64,000 nucleotides of DNA from an uncultured Roseivirgaceae bacterium (GCA_964563295.1 CAZLWX010000001.1:2545-66544), one strand, 5' to 3'. Positions 45,986 through 54,552 are shown, counted from the first letter of the stretch. Numbers and translations: made by a program. The notes: a model not told the origin generated them from the sequence alone.

Positions 45986-48613
45986 TCAATCAGAGAAATC
46001 CACGGTTAGCGTGGTGGCCACGCCAATCCTGAACCCGTAGTCTAAATATTGCCCATCCCGGAAGGCGATCGCCCCTTCAAGTCTGAAGAATCGAAGTATG
46101 CCGTCGATCGAATAACCAAGCTCGGTAAAGTTGCCGGATTCCGGTGCCGCCAGGTAGTCAACAAAAATATTTTCCTTGATCCCTGCGAGCCTGACATACG
46201 GAATGGTGGTGACGAGAAACTTCCGGAACTGGTAATGAACATTCGCGACAAGGTACTGATCGTCTGTACTGTATGCATAATAATCCATTAGGCGAAAGCT
46301 TCCGACTGGATCGTTGGTAACAAAGGGCGTCTTGTTGCCAAGGAAGTGTTTATAATCCATAAAATATATCCGGTCCTTGTTGAGAAAGCTTCCTGCGCGG
46401 ATGTTGAAGTCGATGGTACCCCGACCGCCGGCCTTCAACTCATGCTTCACGCCGATTTCCATGTGGTCAAAATTGACGTCGCTGCCAAGAATATTATCAA
46501 ACCCTTTGGTGTAGGTCAACGTCAATGTTGGTGACGAACTTCGAATGGCAAATCGAAAGCCATTGCGCACGCGGTATTTCAACCACGGTCTGGCGGAGAT
46601 GGACACGGAACCGACCAGCGCCTGATGTTCGTCAAAGGAAGTATCGGTCAGCTCCTCACTTTCCGGGCGATTGGCCGTGTAGCCTTCGACCCTGACTCGG
46701 TTCACCAGCTTGAAATCGGTATTGTTCGACAGTTCTCTTCGATTTGCCCACGACCAATTCGTCCCGATGGAAAGAAAGGGGTTGACCGCCTGCCGGTACC
46801 GGATCTCTGCAAAGTCCCGCTCATAGATCTTCATCAGGTTCCGCTCCAGGAACAGCGTGGTGAAACTGTTTACAAGCGGTAGGATCGGATTGTCTTCGTT
46901 GTATTGTTTAATATATCGACCTCCCTCGATGTCGAGCCGATGCTTTCGGTTCCGCACCCTGAAATTCGCATAGCCCAAAAGCTTCTCGCGTGCGAAAGAA
47001 TAGCGGACCAGCGGCGTGAAGCTGATACGGGTCTTCATTGTATCCTGAAGGATCGTGCCAATGCCGACTTTGTAAATCAGGTTTAAGCCTTCGACGGTGT
47101 TAAATCCCCCCGACGGCGTATAGATCCGGAAGTTCGAATATTTGCCGATCCTGTAGCTGTCGCCGATCAGGATATCCCACGGTTGAAAGCCCTCGTGCTT
47201 CGACTTCTTAACAGTATCACCCGCTTCTTGCGCTCGTTCGACCTCAGCTACACTGTCGACTTTCTCATAGCCCTTCAATTCTTCCCGCGTAAGCGGAATT
47301 GGCCGGATGTTGGCCCAATACGCGGAATCCTTCTTATAAGCGCCACTATCGACCTCAAAAAAGTTCTCCGAGAGGACCTCAGGCTGTTTCGCCAGCCGGC
47401 GCTCTTCCTTCTCATAGTCGCGCATGATGGTCTTCAGTTCTTTGCGGGTGATTTCTTCGCCGGAAGCCAGGCGCTCCTTCAATTGTTCTGTATCATCGGC
47501 TTTCTTCCCCGTTTCACGATGTTTCTTTTCTACTTCCTTCGCCAACTCCTTCTCCTTCTTCTCATCAATCACTTCCATGTTTTCGACGTAAACTTCCGGG
47601 TTAACCTTGATCTGGTAATTGCTCACCGTTGCGAGGTAATCGTACTCAAACTCGAATCCCAGAACTTTTCCTTCGACCTTGAACTGGTGCGACACCGGCA
47701 GCCACGCCTTGTCTTCAATCGGAGCGCACATGGTCCGGATCTGTATGTCGACGCCGAGTTTGGTGGTGTGAATATCCAGGCTGTGGATGCTCCATTCGTT
47801 TTCGACAATGTAGATCATGCCGTCAACAACATCTTCGCCCCTGGACCGCGGTATTACTTTGATCCGGCTGACATCGTAATTTTGATCGTGGAAGGTGCCA
47901 TGGTATTCAAAGCGGTAGTATGAGAATGCTTTTGGTGACAGCGGAGAGATCGTCTCGGCGACTTCGGGCTCATAAAAACTGCCAAAGATGTAGACGTTGG
48001 GCGACGTGTTATTGTCCTTGCCATCGCTGCGAATTGAAATGACTTTTTCCTCAAACGTGTTAGGTCGCGTGAACTTGATGTCACTCACTGATTCCGAAAT
48101 GTAAACCCGGTCCTTCTCGATCCCCTGCTTTTCCAGCTGTTTTTTGGCCAGCCATGGATAGTCCTTAAGCTTTCCCGCCCCCTTGATATAAACTCTTGCC
48201 GAATAGGAATCAAGAATATTGCGATGGTAATTCGCCTTGGCGATCGCTTTTCGCATAATAGTGTACGCCGGGTCTTCATCGTTGGCGTTGATGGTGATGG
48301 CATCCAGCACGATCTCCTGTTCGCGCATGCGGATGTCGAGTTGCTGGAACGAATCGTCCACTTGGATTGCGCGTACCTCCGAACGCCGCCCGAGATGCTG
48401 GAAGACCAGATCGTATCGTCCCGGCGAGAGATGGATCTCGAAGTATCCGTCCTGATTGGCCGTTGTTCCCGTTCCAAGCTGCTTGACAAAAATGGTGGCA
48501 AACGCCAGTGTGCTGCCGTCGTCGGCTCTGATCGTCCCGCGCACTCCTCCCGTTTGGGCGTGAACAGAGACCCAACACCCCAAACAGATTATTCCAAACA
48601 AAAAGCGATTCAA
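45986..48613 (-). CDS. Carboxypeptidase-regulatory-like domain plus DUF5686-type large secreted/outer-membrane protein.
   Basis: Signal peptide, then GGVRGTIRADDGSTLAFATIFVKQLGTGTTANQDGYFEIHLSPGRYDLVF (CarboxypepD_reg-like). 875 aa with a beta-rich C-terminus ending in F. The family name is from memory. Confidence 0.7.
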   Translation of the reverse strand: MNRFLFGIICLGCWVSVHAQTGGVRGTIRADDGSTLAFATIFVKQLGTGTTANQDGYFEIHLSPGRYDLVFQHLGRRSEVRAIQVDDSFQQLDIRMREQEIVLDAITINANDEDPAYTIMRKAIAKANYHRNILDSYSARVYIKGAGKLKDYPWLAKKQLEKQGIEKDRVYISESVSDIKFTRPNTFEEKVISIRSDGKDNNTSPNVYIFGSFYEPEVAETISPLSPKAFSYYRFEYHGTFHDQNYDVSRIKVIPRSRGEDVVDGMIYIVENEWSIHSLDIHTTKLGVDIQIRTMCAPIEDKAWLPVSHQFKVEGKVLGFEFEYDYLATVSNYQIKVNPEVYVENMEVIDEKKEKELAKEVEKKHRETGKKADDTEQLKERLASGEEITRKELKTIMRDYEKEERRLAKQPEVLSENFFEVDSGAYKKDSAYWANIRPIPLTREELKGYEKVDSVAEVERAQEAGDTVKKSKHEGFQPWDILIGDSYRIGKYSNFRIYTPSGGFNTVEGLNLIYKVGIGTILQDTMKTRISFTPLVRYSFAREKLLGYANFRVRNRKHRLDIEGGRYIKQYNEDNPILPLVNSFTTLFLERNLMKIYERDFAEIRYRQAVNPFLSIGTNWSWANRRELSNNTDFKLVNRVRVEGYTANRPESEELTDTSFDEHQALVGSVSISARPWLKYRVRNGFRFAIRSSSPTLTLTYTKGFDNILGSDVNFDHMEIGVKHELKAGGRGTIDFNIRAGSFLNKDRIYFMDYKHFLGNKTPFVTNDPVGSFRLMDYYAYSTDDQYLVANVHYQFRKFLVTTIPYVRLAGIKENIFVDYLAAPESGNFTELGYSIDGILRFFRLEGAIAFRDGQYLDYGFRIGVATTLTVDFSD

Positions 48614-48960
48614 GAGGTCTGTTCTTTATTCACAAATGGACACCGGTCCAAGTAACGCATCAGCCGGTTCAAATGTTATATCTTTTCTACGAAGAAACGG
48701 AAAAGTGCACAGTCGACAGCATGCTGGTAGGCCAAACCTCACGGATGGGACTCTTGGTTGCACCCACATGGTCACCAGTTCCCTGGCACCAGTCGCAGCA
48801 CGAGTTTGTTTGTTGACGGCCAGTTGATTGTCGTTGTTTGGTCCGTCCTCGCCGTGCCCTTTGTGTACCGCCGCGTTCGCCTTGACTTTGCATTTCGGCG
48901 ATCTTCATCTCAACACTACTGCATTTTGAGACTCTGTTTAATAAACGAGTGAGTCAAATA

Positions 48961-49090
48961 CAATAACACAACGCACACAACGAACCACGACGTGCACAAC
49001 GCTGTCGTCCCAGCTCTAACTCGCCCGGAACGAGGAACCACGGAACCACGGAACCCGGAACCACGAACTACAAACTACAAACTTCGAACA
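48961..49090. repeat. Strand-asymmetric C/A-rich low-complexity tract ending in 7-8-nt tandem repeats.
   Basis: CACAACG-like units occupy 48961-49010. They are followed by GGAACCAC x2, GGAACCC, GGAACCAC, then AACTACA x2 and AACTTCG. The tract ends 2 nt from the nadD stop. Confidence 0.8.
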
Positions 49091-49092
49091 AG

Positions 49093-49716
49093 TCACCTCC
49101 GATAGAATCCCCTTGTGCGAATAATTTCCTCCACAGGGTCAGGCACGAGATACCTCACCGACCGTCCCTGTTTCACGCAGTTGCGGATGAATGTCGCGGA
49201 GATGTCGAGCAGGGGCGCGTCAACCATCCGTACATTCTTATGATCTCGCAATGGCGACGCCTTTGCTCCCGGACGCGGATAAACGTACAGACCATAGTCC
49301 CGTAAGATAATCTCATGATTTTTCCATCTGACAAAACTTTCCAGGTTGTCTTCACCCAGAATCAACTTAAACTCCTTATCGGGATGTTTTTCAGCCAGGT
49401 GCACAAGGGTATGGATAGTATAACTCGGTTTCGGTAAATGAAACTCGATGTCGGAAACTTCCAGCTTGTAGTTGTCATAAATTGCCGCCCGCACCATGTC
49501 GTAGCGATCGAACTCGTGCAGCAGTCCTTTCGTGGGCTTCAATGGATTCTGTGGTGACACTACGAACCACACCTTGTCGAGATCCCCACTCTCCGCCATC
49601 AGGTTAGCAATGATCATGTGGCCCATATGGATCGGGTTGAACGAGCCGAAGAATAGCCCGATCGTTTTGGGTGTTGGGGGTTGGGGGTTGGCGGTTGGGT
49701 TTTGGGTGTTGGCCAT
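49093..49716 (-). CDS. nadD: Nicotinate-nucleotide adenylyltransferase NadD.
   Basis: IGLFFGSFNPIHMGH (HxGH motif) and ISATFIR. The only canonical start is ATG 49716, which adds a low-complexity N-terminal extension ANTQNPTANPQPPTPKT. Confidence 0.9.
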   Translation of the reverse strand: MANTQNPTANPQPPTPKTIGLFFGSFNPIHMGHMIIANLMAESGDLDKVWFVVSPQNPLKPTKGLLHEFDRYDMVRAAIYDNYKLEVSDIEFHLPKPSYTIHTLVHLAEKHPDKEFKLILGEDNLESFVRWKNHEIILRDYGLYVYPRPGAKASPLRDHKNVRMVDAPLLDISATFIRNCVKQGRSVRYLVPDPVEEIIRTRGFYRR

Positions 49717-49721
49717 TGGCG

Positions 49722-49785
49722 GATTCTGATTCCTGATTCCTGATTCCTGATTCCTGATTCCTAATTCCTGATTCCTAAATTCCTA
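49722..49785. repeat. Heptanucleotide tandem array (GATTCCT)n.
   Basis: Nine units: five consecutive perfect GATTCCT (49728-49762), one more perfect copy, and the variants GATTCT, AATTCCT and AAATTCCT. The array starts 6 nt from the nadD start codon. Confidence 0.9.
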
Positions 49786-49943
49786 AAAGTTTAAACTATG
49801 GCTGACCCAATCGTAACGCCGGAAGACTTTGTGCACACCGATCTTCTGGCAGATCGAGGCTGACCGGCCACCGGCAACTGGTGACTGGCGACCGACACGA
49901 ATACTGCTTTGTACATGGCCACTCGCCATTGGAAATAGACCAG

Positions 49944-49982
49944 TTTGGCCTTTAGCCTTTGGCCTTTAGCCTTTGGCCTTTG
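49944..49982. repeat. Heptanucleotide tandem array TTTGGCC/TTTAGCC.
   Basis: TTTGGCC TTTAGCC TTTGGCC TTTAGCC TTTGGCC TTTG, which is 5.5 units or 2.7 copies of a 14-mer. It overlaps the last 9 codons and the stop of gmk. Confidence 0.9.
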
Positions 49983-50539
49983 AATTCATCGTAGAGCCTC
50001 TGCGCCTCTCTCAGCGACGTTTCCAAATTTTCATTCAACAACACCTTGTCAAATTTGTCTTCGAAAGACGATTCGAATTGTGCCTTGAACAAGCGGCGGG
50101 ATAAACTTTCTTCGGATTCTGTTCCGCGGTCGCGCAGCCGTTCGCGCAGGGTTTCCATATTGGGAACTTTCACAAAGATCGAGAGGGCCTTATCTCCAAA
50201 GTATTTCTTTAGGTTCAGGCCGCCCTTAACATCAACGTCGAAGATCACGTTCTTGCCCGCTTTCCAGATCCGGTCAATTTCAGATTTGAGCGTGCCGTAG
50301 AAGTTGCCTTCATATACTTCTTCCCACTCGACAAATTCGTCGTTGTCAATTTTTTTTTTGAAATCAAGCGGCGTGAGGAAATAGTAGTCCTGGCCGTTTT
50401 GTTCCATCCTTCCCCGCCGGTCGCGGGTTGACGCAGAAATGGAAAACCCCAGGTCGGGGTTGTGCTGCAACAAGTGCTTTACGATCGTGGTCTTCCCCGA
50501 ACCTGAAGGTGCCGAGAAAATGATCGCCTTACCAGCCAT
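49952..50539 (-). CDS. gmk: Guanylate kinase.
   Basis: P-loop [32 protein letters not shown], and [13 protein letters not shown]. 195 aa. Confidence 0.95.
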   Translation of the reverse strand: MAGKAIIFSAPSGSGKTTIVKHLLQHNPDLGFSISASTRDRRGRMEQNGQDYYFLTPLDFKKKIDNDEFVEWEEVYEGNFYGTLKSEIDRIWKAGKNVIFDVDVKGGLNLKKYFGDKALSIFVKVPNMETLRERLRDRGTESEESLSRRLFKAQFESSFEDKFDKVLLNENLETSLREAQRLYDEFKGQRLKAKG

Positions 50540-50812
50540 TTAGCGGGCCAGGTTTTGAACTACTTTTTTGCGGATGGAGTCGACGAGGTCGGGTGGTGCC
50601 AACTGTGTGCATTTGGCCTTGAGGAGCTGACGGATGGCAATCTCAAGGTTGTAATTCTTGTAACAGGGCATGCACTGTTCGAGGTGTTCTTTCAAGAAGT
50701 GATCCTTCTCTTGCGTGGAGGCTTCACCGTCGAGGATCAACTGAAGCATTTCAAAACATTCCCGTTGGTTTTGACAATTCTGCTTCATTTTGCTCTGGTC
50801 AGGGGAGTTCAT
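50540..50812 (-). CDS. Small soluble zinc-binding (ZAS-type) anti-sigma factor.
   Basis: 90 aa with no TM segment. The H-x3-C-x2-C motif is HLEQCMPC, with an extra upstream Cys (CQNQRECFEMLQLILDGE). It lies directly downstream of the ECF sigma gene. Confidence 0.7.
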   Translation of the reverse strand: MNSPDQSKMKQNCQNQRECFEMLQLILDGEASTQEKDHFLKEHLEQCMPCYKNYNLEIAIRQLLKAKCTQLAPPDLVDSIRKKVVQNLAR

Positions 50813-50821
50813 ATGATAGGT

Positions 50822-51409
50822 TTATGCGTTCTTATATCCCATTTTCCTGGCGTATTCGCTCAATCTTTCCTTCAGAAGGTTACGCGCGCGATGCAGCCGG
50901 CTTCTTACTGTACCAATCGGGATGTCGAGTATTTTCGCCATTTCCTCATACTTAAAACCTTCAAGATCGCAAAGTATAATCACTGTTCTGAAGTCTACAT
51001 CCAACGAGTTGAGCGCAATTGAAATCTCATCCCCGATCATATCCTGTAGCGCCTCCACGCGAAGATCGGGTGTTATCTGCCGGTCGACATCTTCGGAATT
51101 ATAGAAACTTTCAACTTCCTGATAATCTACCTTGGAAGGCTCCTTGCTTTTCTTCCGGTAGTCGTTAATGAAGCTGTTTTTTAAAATTCGGAACAGCCAC
51201 GCTTTGGCATTAGTTCCTTGTTGGAATGAATCAATGAAACGAAATGCTTTCAGGTAAGTGTCCTGCAAGAGATCCTTCGCATCATCCCCATCGAGCGTCA
51301 ACCGATACGCAAAATTGTACATCGCGTTGATGTGAGGCATAAACTCCTGATTGAAAATGCTGAGCTTTTCACTTTCAGAGTACTCATGTCGGATTACCTC
51401 TTCGTCCAT
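50822..51409 (-). CDS. ECF-type RNA polymerase sigma-70 family factor.
   Basis: Start set at ATG 51409 (MDEEVIRHEY). Region 2 is AKDLLQDTYLKAFRF...WLFRILKNSFINDYR. Region 4 is EEMAKILDIPIGTVRSRLHRAR. Confidence 0.85.
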   Translation of the reverse strand: MDEEVIRHEYSESEKLSIFNQEFMPHINAMYNFAYRLTLDGDDAKDLLQDTYLKAFRFIDSFQQGTNAKAWLFRILKNSFINDYRKKSKEPSKVDYQEVESFYNSEDVDRQITPDLRVEALQDMIGDEISIALNSLDVDFRTVIILCDLEGFKYEEMAKILDIPIGTVRSRLHRARNLLKERLSEYARKMGYKNA

Positions 51410-51622
51410 AGAGCGGTAAAAATAGCAAAAAAGTGCAACTAACGACCGCTTCAACCAGCGGCAACATCCATAGTCCCTTTTTACACGGCGGGTTAAAAAA
51501 CGGTACCCGAAAGGAAAAAATGCGACACGGTCCATTTTCGCACGCCCGCTATTGGCATTCCCATCCAACGTCAAATCAGCTAACATTTAAAAAATTGCTA
51601 CTTTCCGAAATTGAACACGCGA

Positions 51623-52837
51623 ATGAAAGCTCCTCACCAGCGAACTGTCTTCTTCACCATCGTCGCAGCGCAATTTTGTGGAACGTCGCTTTGGTTTGCC
51701 GGCAATGCGGTGTTACCGCAACTTCAGGCGGCCTATCACTGGCCCACTAGTGCACTGGGTTGGGTGACTTCATCAACCCAGTTTGGGTTTATCGTGGGTA
51801 CCATGGCTTTCTCTGCCGGTGGATTGGCGGATCGATTTTCACCCTCCAAGGTCTTCTTTGCCAGCAGCTTCATCGCCGCCCTGGCCAACGTGGTTGTGCT
51901 CATCGCGATAGAAAACTACACATTGGTGATCGCCAGCCGTTTCCTTGTCGGTTTCTTCCTTGCGGGTATCTATCCGGTCGGAATGAAAATCGCGTCGGAC
52001 TGGAAAGAAGAGGGACTTGGCCATTGGCTTGGAGCCCTTGTCGGCGCCCTCGTTGTCGGCACCGCTTTCCCACACGGACTGAAACTGGTCCCGCAATTCG
52101 TGAAGCCCCCGATTCTGCTTATAGCCATATCGTTGCTTGCCGTCGTCGGTGCCGTAGTGTTGCTTATCCTCGTTCCCGATGGTCCTTACCGCAAGGTGAG
52201 TACGAGGTTTTCACTGGCAGGCGTGGGCCGCAGCTTCAGGTTGCCTTCATTTCGGGCGCCAGCTCTTGGTTACTTCGGCCACATGTGGGAGCTATACGCT
52301 TTCTGGGCGTTTGTTCCCTGGATCTTTTCACATTACCGGACCTTTCACGCCATGGAAGCTTCTACATCGCTACTGTCTTTTATTGTCATCGGCCTGGGCG
52401 CGATTGGATGCGTGGCGGGCGGCTACTGGTCGCTGCGTTGGGGTAGTGCAAGCGTTGCCCGTATGGCGCTATTGGGCTCTGGATTGTGCTGCCTGATCTC
52501 CCCCCTCTTGTGGTCGTTCGATGCGCCCATCTTTATTTCCTTCATGATCATTTGGGGGATTTTCGTAATCTCCGACTCGCCTCAGTTCTCGGCGCTCGTA
52601 GCCAGAAACGCGCCCGAATCTTTCCGCGGATCGGCAATCACGCTCGTCACCTGCATTGGTTTTTCCATTACCATCGTCAGCATTCAGTTGCTGACGTTTC
52701 TTTCGAATATTATTCCGCCTGAATATCTCCTGCTGTTATTGACTCCCGGCCCCGTGTTGGGATTGATCTCGATGCATTCCCCGGCTACAAGAACTATCCC
52801 GACCTCGAAGGAAGCCTCTACTTCAGCACAGGAATAA
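51623..52837 (+). CDS. MFS transporter.
   Basis: About 404 aa with 12 predicted TM segments. I prefer ATG 51623 over TTG 51611. Substrate is unknown. Confidence 0.8.
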   Translation: MKAPHQRTVFFTIVAAQFCGTSLWFAGNAVLPQLQAAYHWPTSALGWVTSSTQFGFIVGTMAFSAGGLADRFSPSKVFFASSFIAALANVVVLIAIENYTLVIASRFLVGFFLAGIYPVGMKIASDWKEEGLGHWLGALVGALVVGTAFPHGLKLVPQFVKPPILLIAISLLAVVGAVVLLILVPDGPYRKVSTRFSLAGVGRSFRLPSFRAPALGYFGHMWELYAFWAFVPWIFSHYRTFHAMEASTSLLSFIVIGLGAIGCVAGGYWSLRWGSASVARMALLGSGLCCLISPLLWSFDAPIFISFMIIWGIFVISDSPQFSALVARNAPESFRGSAITLVTCIGFSITIVSIQLLTFLSNIIPPEYLLLLLTPGPVLGLISMHSPATRTIPTSKEASTSAQE

Positions 52838-52898
52838 AAAACCCGGGTTTATTATTTGTTCTGTGAATCAACTATTTTCACAGGCTAATTGAGACACA

Positions 52899-53666
52899 AT
52901 GGAAAGACGTGACTTTATTCAGAAATCCGTGCTGACCGGCGCGGCAATGGCTGCAGGATCACTGGCATCGGGCGCACCTGCCCCCGGCCGAGAATGGTAC
53001 GAATGGCGCGTGTATGAAATGCGATTTGGTCAGGGCGCCTTCGATAACTTTTTGTCGCACGCTCTCATCCCGGCCCTCAACCGGTTTGGAATAAAAACCA
53101 TCGGTGTGTTCGGCGAAATGGGCAAGTCCGAACCTGCCAAAGTACACGTGCTTATTCCCTACCAATCTTTTGAAGAATTCACGTCAACGGGATTGCGGCT
53201 GAAAGAAGACAAAGAATTCCGGGATGCGTCGGCATCCTACGATCAACTCCAGCCTGAACAAGCCGCTTATAGCCGCTATGAGTCGTGGCTGATGCAGGCA
53301 TTCGAAGGTTTTCCACAGATGAACGTGCCTGAAAAAGACTCGCGAATCTTTGAGTTGCGCTCTTACGAGGGCTACAACGAGGACGCTGTGCGACGAAAAA
53401 TAAAGATGTTCAACGCCGAAGAACTTCCGATTTTTAATCGCGCAAAGCTGATTCCTGTCTTTTTCGGAGAAGTGCTGATCGGCCCTGGGTTGCCGCGCCT
53501 GACTTACATGCTCACCTTCCGCAATATGGAAGAACGGGAAAAAGCGTGGAAAGCTTTTGGTCCCGACGAGGACTGGCAGCGCGTCTCAAAATTGCCCGAA
53601 TACGCCAACACCGTATCGCGGATCTACAAGACATTTCTTGAGCCACTAGCCTACTCGCAGATTTAG
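52899..53666 (+). CDS. NIPSNAP-family protein with a twin-arginine signal.
   Basis: MERRDFIQKSVLTGAAMAAGSLASGA (Tat-like), then two NIPSNAP-like halves (EWRVYEM..., IFELRSYEG...). Confidence 0.65.
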   Translation: MERRDFIQKSVLTGAAMAAGSLASGAPAPGREWYEWRVYEMRFGQGAFDNFLSHALIPALNRFGIKTIGVFGEMGKSEPAKVHVLIPYQSFEEFTSTGLRLKEDKEFRDASASYDQLQPEQAAYSRYESWLMQAFEGFPQMNVPEKDSRIFELRSYEGYNEDAVRRKIKMFNAEELPIFNRAKLIPVFFGEVLIGPGLPRLTYMLTFRNMEEREKAWKAFGPDEDWQRVSKLPEYANTVSRIYKTFLEPLAYSQI

Positions 53667-53679
53667 CTACTGGTCGGTA

Positions 53680-54552
53680 ATGGAACGGAAAAATCTGCAT
53701 CTCCGCGGTCCCGAATTGAGCCGAATAGTGGCGGGCGCCTGGCGATGGCATGATGTGTCAGAAACCGTTGTTGATCGTCTCATTCACACTTCCGTGGATT
53801 GCGGAATTACCGCATTCGACCACGCCGACATCTATGGCGATTACAACAACGAAGAAGCTTTTGGGCGAGTGCTGGCGAAAAACCCGGGACTGCGAAGCCA
53901 GATCCAGTTAATAACAAAATGTGGGATTCGGTTGCTATCTGGAAAGTGGCCGGAGACGCGAATCAAGCATTATGACACGTCGCGCGAGCATATTCTCCGC
54001 TCAGTCGATCAATCGCTGACGAAGCTACGCACCGACGTTTTGGATCTTCTCCTGATTCACCGGCCCGATCCGCTGTTGGATCCCGAAGAAGTATCGGAGG
54101 CCTTTGGGTTGCTGAAGCAGAATGGAAAGGTTTTGCATTTTGGCGTTTCCAATTTTTCGGCTACACAGTTTGAAATGCTGCAGAGTTATTTGCCCTTTCC
54201 GCTTGCAACCAACCAGATCGAGGTCTCACTGGCAAAGCTGGATTATTTTTTCGACGGAACGATCGACGTTATGATGAAATTGAAAACGTCGCCAATGGCC
54301 TGGTCGCCGCTCTCGGGAGGAAAGATCATGTCGACTTCAAGAGCGCTGTGGACGCAAAAAGGCAAATATCAGGCGACGGAAGCCCAGCTCTCGCTGGCCT
54401 GGTTGCTGAAACACCCCTCGGGAATTTTTCCCATCATCGGCACCACGCAGCCGGAAAGGATACGCGAAGGCGCAAAAGCTGTTGAAATCAATCTCGACAG
54501 ACAAGATTGGTTTGAAATGCTCAAAGCGGCCACAGGAAAAGACGTGGCCTGA
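53680..54552 (+). CDS. Aldo/keto reductase.
   Basis: GITAFDHADIYG, LDLLLIHRPD, HFGVSNFS. 290 aa. Confidence 0.85.
   Translation: MERKNLHLRGPELSRIVAGAWRWHDVSETVVDRLIHTSVDCGITAFDHADIYGDYNNEEAFGRVLAKNPGLRSQIQLITKCGIRLLSGKWPETRIKHYDTSREHILRSVDQSLTKLRTDVLDLLLIHRPDPLLDPEEVSEAFGLLKQNGKVLHFGVSNFSATQFEMLQSYLPFPLATNQIEVSLAKLDYFFDGTIDVMMKLKTSPMAWSPLSGGKIMSTSRALWTQKGKYQATEAQLSLAWLLKHPSGIFPIIGTTQPERIREGAKAVEINLDRQDWFEMLKAATGKDVA

Noticed and set aside
48660-48680. A GGTTCAAAT string resembling a tRNA T-loop.
   Set aside because: The flanking bases cannot form a 5-bp T-stem (GCCGG versus GTTAT), and no acceptor or anticodon arms are present. It is not a tRNA.
49665-49712. A telomere-like TTGGGG repeat.
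   Set aside because: Only two perfect GTTGGGG units occur, inside a bacterial coding region. I treat this as a compositional or possible G4 feature, not a telomeric element.
49722-49982. Whether the repeat arrays could be a CRISPR array or a mobile-element terminus.
   Set aside because: The units are 7 nt with no spacers. There are no cas genes, transposase or integrase in the window, and the arrays are direct rather than inverted. They are simple tandem repeats.
51760-52446. A 228-codon alternative-frame ORF inside the MFS transporter gene. Others of this type occur at 34538-35101 and 42802-43200.
   Set aside because: They are same-strand out-of-frame ORFs with Arg/Pro/Gly-rich nonsense composition. 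The annotated frames give coherent TM-helix or enzyme sequences.
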